From the NCBI GenBank assembly GCA_045046865.1, contig JASFYW010000028.1, forward strand, positions 31,930 through 95,929: DNA of 64,000 nt, given 5' to 3'. The notes under the pieces were generated by a model. It saw only the letters and a list, made by a program, of their open reading frames with translations, had not been told where the DNA came from and did not search any database. Of this stretch, positions 49,632-57,817 are shown piece after piece. The translations under genes and the position numbers were made by a program. Source of the stretch: Woeseiaceae bacterium (GTDB taxonomy: Bacteria > Pseudomonadota > Gammaproteobacteria > UBA6429 > Thiohalophilaceae). Every line of letters begins with the position of its first letter. Within the stretch, counting starts at the first letter, position 1.

Positions 49632-51053
49632 ATGACTGAAAATTTACAAAACTGGATTGAACGCATTAGTGAAAATGAATTGCCGATATTTAAATATACG
49701 GTACATGCAATTAATGATGTTATTTCTAAAGATGCCACTTCGACCTCTGATTTATCACGAATAATATTACGTGATGCAAATTTAACAGCTAGAGTATTAC
49801 GACTTGCAAATAGTGCTTCATATAATATAACGGGTGCAAAAATCAGTACGATAAGTCGAGCTATTGTATATCTTGGTTTTAACCTGGTTCGTGACATTAG
49901 CATGTCGTTAGCAATCATTGATGCATTATTAAGTGGTAAAACAAAAGAGCATGCATTAAAACTTATGGCTAGATCATTTCATGCTGCTGTACAGGCACGT
50001 GATTTTGCCACCCGCCGAGGTGATGATGCAGCTGAGGAGGTTTTTATTGCTGCATTGCTTCGTTATATTGGAGAAATAACATTTTGGTGTGTTTCTGGAG
50101 AAGAAGGTAAACACATCGAAGAACTGATTGAGCAAAGAGGTTTCTCTGAAGAAATGGCGCAGCAGGAGGTGCTCGGATTTTCTTTAGATCAACTCACTGT
50201 AGGTTTAACTCAGGATTGGCATTTAACTGATTTATTACATAGCGCCATTAATCAACCCAACATGGCTAATCCCAGGATTAAAGATATTGTTTATGCCTTG
50301 GCGCTATCTGAAGCTGCTTGTGAAAGTTGGAGTAGTAATAAAACTTTAAAGGCTGCAAAAAACATAGCAAAACATATTGGCATTAAAGAAGATGATGTCA
50401 TTGAATTATTACGTGATAACGCTAAAAAAGCAGCTGACTTTGCACAAATGTTTGGTGCAAGTTCAATCATTAAATATTTACCAATTGATGAAGATAAAAT
50501 AGAAGATAGTTTAAATGAACACTCGTTTGATGCAAATTGTCCTATTCCAGATCCCTTGTTACAGCTTAATATATTGCGAGATCTTTCAGGAATATTAGTT
50601 GATAAACCTAGTTTTAATTTAATCCTAGAAATTGTTTTAGAAGGTATTTATCGTGGAGTAGGTCTTGATAGAACAGTCTTTGCAATGTTGACATCAGATA
50701 AAAAAGCTATCAAAGCAAAATATGCATTAGGGAAAGATAATCAAAACTTTATTAATAAGTTTCATTTTAGCTTACAAACAAATAATATTTTTTCAAAATT
50801 AATATCTAAACCAGAACCAATATGGATGAAAAACTCACAAGATTCTAAAATGGGTGTGAATGATGAAATTCGTTTAGCTTTAGCAAGTAAAGCCTTTTAT
50901 ATTGCTCCGCTTACTTTATCCGGTAGGGTGATTGGTTTAATTTATGCAGATAGGCAGCCGAGTGATAGGGACTTAGATGAAGAAAGTTATGATAGCTTTA
51001 AACACTTTGTGCAACAAGCCAATCAAGCACTCAGCTTTATCTCTATAAAATAA
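49632..51053 (+). CDS. HDOD domain + GAF-like domain signalling protein, paralogue 2
   Basis: 473 aa, colinear with the upstream gene along its whole length. The two share long identical peptide blocks and recognisable nucleotide identity, including the few bases before the ATG. Confidence 0.8.
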   Translation: MTENLQNWIERISENELPIFKYTVHAINDVISKDATSTSDLSRIILRDANLTARVLRLANSASYNITGAKISTISRAIVYLGFNLVRDISMSLAIIDALLSGKTKEHALKLMARSFHAAVQARDFATRRGDDAAEEVFIAALLRYIGEITFWCVSGEEGKHIEELIEQRGFSEEMAQQEVLGFSLDQLTVGLTQDWHLTDLLHSAINQPNMANPRIKDIVYALALSEAACESWSSNKTLKAAKNIAKHIGIKEDDVIELLRDNAKKAADFAQMFGASSIIKYLPIDEDKIEDSLNEHSFDANCPIPDPLLQLNILRDLSGILVDKPSFNLILEIVLEGIYRGVGLDRTVFAMLTSDKKAIKAKYALGKDNQNFINKFHFSLQTNNIFSKLISKPEPIWMKNSQDSKMGVNDEIRLALASKAFYIAPLTLSGRVIGLIYADRQPSDRDLDEESYDSFKHFVQQANQALSFISIK

Positions 51054-51067
51054 TTATTAAAATCAAA

Positions 51068-51159
51068 GGTACCGGAGTCACTCTATTTTTTTGCAAATCT
51101 TGTAAAAAGTAAACAGGGCATGTCCACCAAAGTCACAAAAGTAGGGTGACTCCGGTACC
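51068..51159. repeat. long-stem hairpin / palindromic element
   Basis: GGTACCGGAGTCAC (51068-51081) is perfectly complementary to GTGACTCCGGTACC (51146-51159), and 17 of 18 positions pair when extended. The loop is ~56 nt. It lies between the 3' ends of HDOD-GAF-2 (+) and mini-ORF 1 (-). Confidence 0.85.
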
Positions 51160-51168
51160 GGTTATAAG

Positions 51169-51279
51169 TTAAGCCAGAACATTTGCAGCTATAATAATGA
51201 CTACCATAAATGACGTTAATATCATGACGGTGATGCCAACATTACTTAAAATCTCTTTATCGCCTTGTTGTAATACCAT
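51169..51279 (-). CDS. candidate small hydrophobic membrane peptide (36 aa), not in the ORF track
   Basis: ATG 51279 to TAA 51169, encoding MVLQQGDKEILSNVGITVMILTSFMVVIIIAANVLA. The Shine-Dalgarno AGGGGA lies 7 nt upstream. It has one predicted TM helix. Confidence 0.45.
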   Translation of the reverse strand: MVLQQGDKEILSNVGITVMILTSFMVVIIIAANVLA

Positions 51280-51338
51280 ATTAAATCCCCTTAGTGATGA
51301 ATAATGAGAATTAAGTGTGGCATATCAAAATAGCAATA

Positions 51339-51356
51339 ACTTGATCCAGATCAAGT
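51339..51356. promoter_or_regulatory. perfect 18-bp palindrome with two GATC sites (possible operator)
   Basis: ACTTGATC-CA-GATCAAGT, 60 nt upstream of mini-ORF 1 on the minus strand. Confidence 0.3.
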
Positions 51357-51453
51357 GACTTAAATTTTAGATATTGGTTATATAAGAATATATTTATAAA
51401 GAAAGGGTCAAAAATAGATTAACTCGATCCGGTATTTGCTCGAGTCATTACTC

Positions 51454-51528
51454 TTAAGCCCAAATAATACTATGGGCGATAAGAAGGACAGCGGTAATCA
51501 TTACCAGAGAAGGCAGGGTCAGTTGCAT
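51454..51528 (-). CDS. candidate small hydrophobic membrane peptide (24 aa), not in the ORF track
   Basis: ATG 51528 to TAA 51454, encoding MQLTLPSLVMITAVLLIAHSIIWA. The Shine-Dalgarno GAGGGA lies 7-8 nt upstream. The GGGATT-N-ATG context is the same as for the 36-aa ORF. Confidence 0.4.
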   Translation of the reverse strand: MQLTLPSLVMITAVLLIAHSIIWA

Positions 51529-51656
51529 AATAGAATCCCTCATGTTTCTTATATTTATTATTAGTCGATCTCTAAGTTAATTTCAGAGATTAGCGTCACA
51601 AAAGAGAATTCCAATTATTTTTGTTGTTTCCATAATCATTTTGTGTCACGCGTAGT

Positions 51657-51685
51657 AAAATAGGGTTTTCTTGGCAGAGAGTCAA
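51657..51685 (-). promoter_or_regulatory. candidate sigma70 promoter upstream of the 24-aa mini-ORF
   Basis: On the minus strand: TTGACT (51685-51680), a 17-nt spacer, then TATTTT (51662-51657). It lies just downstream of the Rrf2 terminator and would give a ~125-nt leader. Confidence 0.25.
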
Positions 51686-51735
51686 GGGAAAGGAAGACGA
51701 ACTGTGAATAAATGTTACAAAATATTAAATTAAGC

Positions 51736-51766
51736 AAAAAAAACGGGAATACGCAATGTATTCCCG
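51736..51766 (-). terminator. rho-independent terminator of the Rrf2 gene
   Basis: On the minus strand: CGGGAATAC-ATTGC-GTATTCCCG followed by TTTTTTTT. Confidence 0.88.
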
Positions 51767-51805
51767 AAGTTCTAAAGTTGGGGGACTTTATGTGTAAATC
51801 TAAAG

Positions 51806-52249
51806 CTAAGCGACTTGTGTAGATTCTTCAGTCATTGGCTCAGATGAGGTTTCAGCTGGCGTCGAATATAGGCTATGTAGTTCAGCAAGACTAATGCTAT
51901 CGAGATAGCTACCAATTAAATCAAGTAAACGTAACCAAAGTATGTGGCTTTCTGAACTATTAAATTCAGGTTCCATACTGGATTCTTTTACCGTGGCTTT
52001 ATCAACGGCTTTCACGATGGATGCAATTGAGATATCAGTTAACGGTTTATTTAACATGTAGCCGCCACCTGGGCCACGAGAGCTGCGAACGATGTCGCAT
52101 TTTCTTAAAAGGGCAAAAATTTGCTCGAGGTAAGAAATAGAAATATTTTGAGCTTGAGCTAAGTGGGCAAGAGTAACCGGCTTATTTTCATGGGCGGAAA
52201 GTTCTAATACTGTCTTAATTGCATAATGTGCGCGTGATGATAATTTCAT
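51806..52249 (-). CDS. Rrf2-family transcriptional regulator (no Fe-S cysteine triad)
   Basis: 147 aa with an N-terminal winged HTH (SRAHYAIKTVLELS ... ISISYLEQIF..LRK..IVRSSRGPGGGY). The three clustered Cys of IscR/NsrR are absent. Confidence 0.88.
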   Translation of the reverse strand: MKLSSRAHYAIKTVLELSAHENKPVTLAHLAQAQNISISYLEQIFALLRKCDIVRSSRGPGGGYMLNKPLTDISIASIVKAVDKATVKESSMEPEFNSSESHILWLRLLDLIGSYLDSISLAELHSLYSTPAETSSEPMTEESTQVA

Positions 52250-52532
52250 ATTGATGGTGCCCCTTTGTGTTTTATCCCTAAACGAGTGCTTACTATTTGT
52301 GAACTAAACTTAGAGGTTACTACACATATTGACAATAAGGTTTCTGTCAACAATTGTAAATTATAGGCGTATACCTGAAGCTCGTTCATTTATATTTAAT
52401 TTATTCCATGTAATCAAACACTTAAAATGAACAATTTAACAAGTGCTTGCATTAATGATGTTAACATTAACACCAGTTATTAATATATATTTAAAAGTTT
52501 CTATTCATAATTTACTGGTAAAACTGTCGAAT

Positions 52533-54977
52533 ATGTCACAAATTAAAGAATTAAGCAGTCAACAATTACGTTCATTTTGCGATTTAGCGGAGTTTAGCTT
52601 TAGCACGACAGAAGATCTCCCCGATTTCGAAGGTATGGTCGGACAAGAGCGGGCGATTGAAGCATTGTCTTTTGCCGTTGAAATTAACAGACCTGGGTAC
52701 AACATGTATCTCATGGGGTCGACGGGTTTAGGCAAGCATACTCTATTGAAGCGATTTTTAGATGAAGCATCAGCTGAGCAATATGCAGCAGATGACTGGT
52801 GTTATGTTTTTAATTTTTATGACCCACAAAAACCAAAAGCAATTAATTTGCCTGCGGGGCAAGGCCGTAAGTTTCGTGATGATATGCGTCAGCTGGTTCA
52901 AGATTTACAAACCGCAATCCCCAATGCATTTGAAAGTGAACTCTATTACACCCGCCAACAAGAAGTTCGTGACTCACTAAAAGAACAAACTCATGCAGCA
53001 TTCAATTCTTTAGCCGAAGAAGCGAAACAGCATGATATTCTTTTTTTGCGAAGTGATGAAGAATTAACTTTTGCCGCATCAAAAGATGGAAAAAAATTAA
53101 CTGCTGATGATTATGAAAAATCTTCAGCTGAAGATAAACAAAAATTTGAAGAGGTTGTTGCGGTATTAGAAGAACGTTTGAATAGTTTAATTCGATTACG
53201 AACTCAGTGGCAAAAAGAGAGTAGAGAAAAAATTACTGAAATAAATCGTGAAGTAGGTATGTTTGCTGCTGCACACCTTATCGATGAAGTAAAAGTAAAA
53301 TTCAAAGAAATTAAAGCGATAACGAATTATTTAATGGATGTACAAGAAGATGTTATTAATGGATTATATGAATTTCGTGAACAAGAGCATGCAGATTTTA
53401 CTTTTGAGGGTGGAGAAGGCTTTTTTGGTTTTCAGCACTATGAGGTAAATTTAATTGTTGATAATAAAAATAATAATGGAGCAGCGGTAATATATGAAGA
53501 TAATCCTGTGTATCAGAATTTATTAGGACGAGTTGAGTATATCTCGCAAATGGGAACACAGGTAACCGATTATCGTTTTATTAAAGCGGGTGCATTACAT
53601 AAAGCGAATGGTGGTTATCTTATTATCGATGCACAGAAATTGTTAACCCAACCTAATTCATGGGAAACATTAAAAAGAGTATTGGTTGCAAAAAAAATCA
53701 ATATAGAGTCTTTAGGTGAAACTGCTGGTTTAGTTAACACTGTATCTCTTGAGCCAGAACCGATACCGCTTGATGTTAAAGTTGTTTTGGTTGGTGGCCG
53801 GGCTTTGTATTATATATTAGAAGAAGATGACCCTGAGTTTTCTGAACTATTTAAAGTAGAAGTAGATTTTTCAGAGACTATTGATTGCTCTAAAGAATCA
53901 TTAAATCAGTATGCGCAAGTGATTGCGACATTAGTCAGAAAAAATAAACTTGCTGCCTTTGAATGTGATGCGGTTAAACGCGTAATAAAATATGGTATGC
54001 GACAGATTGAAGATACAACTCAATTATCAACACATATGCATAGTATGCTGGATTTATTGATAGAGTCAGATTATTGGGCCACGAAAGAAAAACATTCTAT
54101 AGTACGAGATGTAGATGTGCAGTTAGCCATAGATAAACAAATATACCGAGCAGATCGTAGCCGTGAACGAATTTATGATGAAATTAAAAAAGGCATTGTG
54201 CTTATAGATGTTAGCGGAGAAAAAATTGCTTCTGTTAATGGTTTGTTTGTTATTGAAACAGGTCGGCTTGAATTTGCACAGCCTGCACGTATCACTGCAA
54301 ATATACGTATTGGTGATGGTGATATTATTGATATAGAACGTGAAGTTGATTTGGGTGGTTCATTACATTCAAAAGGAGTGTTAATTTTATCGTCTTACTT
54401 AGGCTCACGTTACGCAATAAACAAGCCTCTTTCACTATCTGCTAGTTTAGTTTTTGAACAGTCTTATGGCCCTGTTGATGGTGATAGTGCATCTGTTGGT
54501 GAGCTGTGTACATTGTTATCTGCTATTTCAAATGTGGCGGTGAAACAATCTTTAGCAATTACCGGATCTGTCGATCAACATGGTAATGTTCAGGTGATTG
54601 GTGGTATTAATGAAAAAATTGAAGGCTTTTATGATATTTGTAAACAAAAGGGTTTAACCAATGAGCAAGGTGTCATTATACCAGCAGTAAATATTCCGCA
54701 TTTAATATTAAGAGACGATGTGGTTGATGCAATAGAAAATAGTCAATTCTTTATATATCCCATCAATACGGTTGACGATGCTATTGAGTTATTGACAGGT
54801 TTACCTGCGGGAGAACGTAATAAGGAAGGAGAGTTTCCTGCGGATTCAATAAATTATAAAGTAGAACAACGTTTGCTCGAGTTAGCAGAATTAAAACATG
54901 AAGATCACCAAAAAGATGAACATTGTCATGAAAATTCTGAAGACGAAGATAATAAAGAATCAAAAAAAGATAAGTGA
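52533..54977 (+). CDS. Lon-like ATP-dependent protease homologue (AAA-like + Lon proteolytic domain; LonC/COG1067-like)
   Basis: Trimmed to ATG 52533 (the start is uncertain). It has a P-loop [10 protein letters not shown]. The C-terminal Lon protease domain has VDGDSASV (catalytic Ser context) and [10 protein letters not shown] (Lys). Confidence 0.85.
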   Translation: MSQIKELSSQQLRSFCDLAEFSFSTTEDLPDFEGMVGQERAIEALSFAVEINRPGYNMYLMGSTGLGKHTLLKRFLDEASAEQYAADDWCYVFNFYDPQKPKAINLPAGQGRKFRDDMRQLVQDLQTAIPNAFESELYYTRQQEVRDSLKEQTHAAFNSLAEEAKQHDILFLRSDEELTFAASKDGKKLTADDYEKSSAEDKQKFEEVVAVLEERLNSLIRLRTQWQKESREKITEINREVGMFAAAHLIDEVKVKFKEIKAITNYLMDVQEDVINGLYEFREQEHADFTFEGGEGFFGFQHYEVNLIVDNKNNNGAAVIYEDNPVYQNLLGRVEYISQMGTQVTDYRFIKAGALHKANGGYLIIDAQKLLTQPNSWETLKRVLVAKKINIESLGETAGLVNTVSLEPEPIPLDVKVVLVGGRALYYILEEDDPEFSELFKVEVDFSETIDCSKESLNQYAQVIATLVRKNKLAAFECDAVKRVIKYGMRQIEDTTQLSTHMHSMLDLLIESDYWATKEKHSIVRDVDVQLAIDKQIYRADRSRERIYDEIKKGIVLIDVSGEKIASVNGLFVIETGRLEFAQPARITANIRIGDGDIIDIEREVDLGGSLHSKGVLILSSYLGSRYAINKPLSLSASLVFEQSYGPVDGDSASVGELCTLLSAISNVAVKQSLAITGSVDQHGNVQVIGGINEKIEGFYDICKQKGLTNEQGVIIPAVNIPHLILRDDVVDAIENSQFFIYPINTVDDAIELLTGLPAGERNKEGEFPADSINYKVEQRLLELAELKHEDHQKDEHCHENSEDEDNKESKKDK

Positions 54978-54985
54978 GCAGTAAT

Positions 54986-55297
54986 ATGACAGTACAAGAA
55001 ATAATAGAACAAAAATTAGCAAATGATTTTAATCCTCTTCATTTAGAAGTTATTAATGAAAGCAATAATCATAATGTACCGGAAGGATCTGAATCTCATT
55101 TTAAAGTCGTGGTTGTGTCACCGACTTTTTCAGGTAAAAACTTATTAGGTCGCCACCGCTTAATTAATGCAACATTGGCAGAAGAATTAAACGGTATCAT
55201 TCATGCTTTAGCTATTCATACTTATACAGAAGAAGAGTGGAAAGAAGAATCAAACGGTGCACCGATGTCTCCACCTTGTTTAGGTGGAGGAAAGTAA
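54986..55297 (+). CDS. bolA: BolA family transcriptional regulator / Fe-S-linked stress protein
   Basis: 103 aa from ATG 54986, colinear with E. coli BolA ([47 protein letters not shown]). It starts 8 nt after the Lon-like stop. Confidence 0.92.
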   Translation: MTVQEIIEQKLANDFNPLHLEVINESNNHNVPEGSESHFKVVVVSPTFSGKNLLGRHRLINATLAEELNGIIHALAIHTYTEEEWKEESNGAPMSPPCLGGGK

Positions 55298-55609
55298 TTA
55301 CATATCTTTATCAAGAAATTGATCGTTAATATGGGCAAGCGGGTTTTTATCAAGCTGAGGATCAATAGGCATTTGTAAGTGAAAGCCTTGTTCTTCAATG
55401 CTTTTGAGTATTGGAGCGGCAGTTCCTCTGGACATTTTTTTATCAGAGGTCAGGTTCAGTGTCATCACTTTTTCAGGCGTGCCTAGAACACGATTCAATT
55501 CACTAGGCAAATCATCAAGAGATTTTCCTTTCTCAATATAAAGATAGATTTGATCTTTCTTTGTGCTTTTATACACTTCACATATCAGCCCAATTTTCTT
55601 AGTTGACAT
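55298..55609 (-). CDS. ycgL: YcgL domain-containing protein
   Basis: 103 aa with CEVYKSTKKDQIYLYIEK ... EQGFHLQMP, colinear with E. coli YcgL. Confidence 0.82.
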   Translation of the reverse strand: MSTKKIGLICEVYKSTKKDQIYLYIEKGKSLDDLPSELNRVLGTPEKVMTLNLTSDKKMSRGTAAPILKSIEEQGFHLQMPIDPQLDKNPLAHINDQFLDKDM

Positions 55610-56297
55610 TGTTTTTATCCATTTCAGGTAAAGTACTTAAGGCTTGTTTTATTTGCTGAAAACGTTCCCAAGCTAAAGGGATTTCATGCCCTTCTTGACG
55701 TAAGTTATCTAATAATTTTTTTGCATCAGCAACAATCAAGCTAAGCTGTTCTGCATTAAATAATTGCAGAGCGGCTTCAAGATCACCTTCTTCTTCATTG
55801 AGTAACGTTGGCGTAAGTTCATCTTCGAGAATCGGTGAACTTTCAAGCATAAGATCAGCAATGAGTTTTATTTCATGTAACTCGTTATGCATTTCCCTAG
55901 CGATTTCTTCTTCGTCTAATTTTTTCAATGCTGTTGTATCACCTTCAGCACCTTTTCTAATGGCTACCATCATGGCTGCAATTAACTTTTTGATGGCCAT
56001 TTTGATGTTGCTGTGATCGCCAGGCATTGCGCAGCTTGTGGCATAGCACTCATCTAATTCTTCTTTTATTTCGAGAACAACATCACTTTCACTGTTATTG
56101 CCGAGCAGGGTTGTTTTTTGAACCACTGATTGGAAGTGCGACATAAAATCAAGCATATCTTGCTCGTCTTTCTTTTGTGCACCTTCAATATCAAGTTGGG
56201 TTAATTCTTTTTCTGCTTTTGCAAATAAAGGGTTTAATAAGCGACGTTTTAAACGACGTTCATGAGGGCCAGGAGTCGGGCTAAATTGTAGAGTCAT
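55599..56297 (-). CDS. acidic helical hypothetical protein
   Basis: The ORF-track frame 55599..56339 begins with GTG inside a TATAAT-like box, so I prefer ATG 56297 (MTLQFSPTPG...). Its 3' end overlaps the ycgL start by 11 nt. I recognise no motif. Confidence 0.5.
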   Translation of the reverse strand: MTLQFSPTPGPHERRLKRRLLNPLFAKAEKELTQLDIEGAQKKDEQDMLDFMSHFQSVVQKTTLLGNNSESDVVLEIKEELDECYATSCAMPGDHSNIKMAIKKLIAAMMVAIRKGAEGDTTALKKLDEEEIAREMHNELHEIKLIADLMLESSPILEDELTPTLLNEEEGDLEAALQLFNAEQLSLIVADAKKLLDNLRQEGHEIPLAWERFQQIKQALSTLPEMDKNNVN

Positions 56298-56578
56298 AGG
56301 GGCTTCAATCTGTAATATTTGAAAAGCGTAATTATACACAGCAACAAATACTATTTCAGTGCAAAGCCAATAAAACAGCTAAAAAATTATTGAGATGTAG
56401 GTTAGATTTTTTGTACATGGATGTACTTATGCTGCGATGGCAGGGAGGCCATTTAGTTGTCAGTCTGACAGCGGAGTCATTTATCGCATAAGGTTGTTAT
56501 TTATAATTGAAGTTTGCTAATAAGACAGGTTTATTTTTAAAATGGTCGTCAGGCTAAAGCTGATCTGCCGAGGTGTTA

Positions 56579-57808
56579 TCAGTTTAAATCTTCCACAACA
56601 ATCTCAATCCAATGTTTTACAGGCACATCACTTCCTCCATTCAAATGGTGTAAACAACCAATATTTGCAGTGGCAATAACATCAGGTGCTCCCACCATCA
56701 GTCCGGAGAGTCTTTGTTCTCGTAGTTGTTCAGAAAGTTTCGCTTGAGTTATTGAATAAGTACCCGCAGAACCACAACAAAGGTGTTTATCTTTTATTTT
56801 TGTTAGGTTATATCCACAGTGAGATAAAATATTTTCTATATGGTTAGGTAGTTTTTGTGCATGTTGTAATGTACAAGGTGTATGTACTGCAATATTGCTT
56901 TGACTGACACTGAGTTGCGTTTTTAATTTTTCATTTTTATTAATAATTATTTCATTAAAAATAACTTCACTGAGATCAAGCGTTTTATCTGCCACACGTT
57001 GCGCTTTGTCTTTATATTCTAGATCGTTACGTAGTAAGTGTGGGTACTCTTTAAACATCGCGCCGCAACCACTGGCAGTCATCACAATGGCTTCAACTCC
57101 TTGATCAAACTCTACTAGTAAACGATCAATATTATTCTTTATCGTGATGAGTGCATTTTCTTCATCAGATAAATGTTGTCGTATTGCGCCACAGCAACCA
57201 GAAAAAGACATTAACTCGATGCTTAAAGTGTCGAGGACTTTTTTTGTTGCTGCATTTATCTCAGGAGATAAGGCGGGTTGAACACAGCCATCAAGCACGA
57301 GCATTTTTCGTGGATGTGTAGTTGTCGAGGTTTCTGGGATAAGCTTTTTGGCGGGAACATGTTGCTTTAATACATTAGGTAAAAACCCACGTACACTTTG
57401 CCCAAGCTGTAATAGCGTAGCAAAACGTTTCGGATAAGGCAGAATAGTTAACAATGCTTTTCGTATAAATCTTTGCCCCAAAGAACGTTTGACTCTTTTG
57501 TCTACTTCACTTCGTCCAATTTCAAGTAAGTGCCCATATTCCACGCCAGAAGGGCAAGTGCTTTCACATGCGCGACAGCTTAAGCAACGATCAAGATGGG
57601 TTAGTGTTTCTTTCGTTACTGCATTGCCTTCAAGCATTTCTTTAATTTGATAAATACGGCCACGTGGGCCATCAAGTTCATCACCCAGAATTTGATAGGT
57701 CGGGCAAGTCGCGGTACAAAAACCGCAATGTACGCAGCTGCGTAGAATTTTATCTGCGAGTTGACCATCGTCCGATTGTAAAAAAGTTTTATCTAGTTTT
57801 GTTTGCAT
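56579..57808 (-). CDS. glcF: glycolate oxidase iron-sulfur subunit
   Basis: 409 aa with two 4Fe-4S ferredoxin motifs (CVHCGFCTATCP, CLSCRACESTCP) and CCG domains. It follows glcD-glcE. Confidence 0.92.
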   Translation of the reverse strand: MQTKLDKTFLQSDDGQLADKILRSCVHCGFCTATCPTYQILGDELDGPRGRIYQIKEMLEGNAVTKETLTHLDRCLSCRACESTCPSGVEYGHLLEIGRSEVDKRVKRSLGQRFIRKALLTILPYPKRFATLLQLGQSVRGFLPNVLKQHVPAKKLIPETSTTTHPRKMLVLDGCVQPALSPEINAATKKVLDTLSIELMSFSGCCGAIRQHLSDEENALITIKNNIDRLLVEFDQGVEAIVMTASGCGAMFKEYPHLLRNDLEYKDKAQRVADKTLDLSEVIFNEIIINKNEKLKTQLSVSQSNIAVHTPCTLQHAQKLPNHIENILSHCGYNLTKIKDKHLCCGSAGTYSITQAKLSEQLREQRLSGLMVGAPDVIATANIGCLHHLNGGSDVPVKHWIEIVVEDLN

Positions 57809-57817
57809 GTGAAGAAT

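Noticed and set aside
51086-51141. Tiny ORFs in the loop of the 51068-51159 hairpin (MSTKVTKVG on the plus strand, MPCLLFTRFAKK on the minus strand), and an 18-aa ORF (MIMETTKIIGILFCDANL) in the leader of the 24-aa mini-ORF.
   Set aside because: None has a Shine-Dalgarno sequence, and the peptides are not hydrophobic or otherwise distinctive. They are most likely chance ORFs within structured RNA or DNA.
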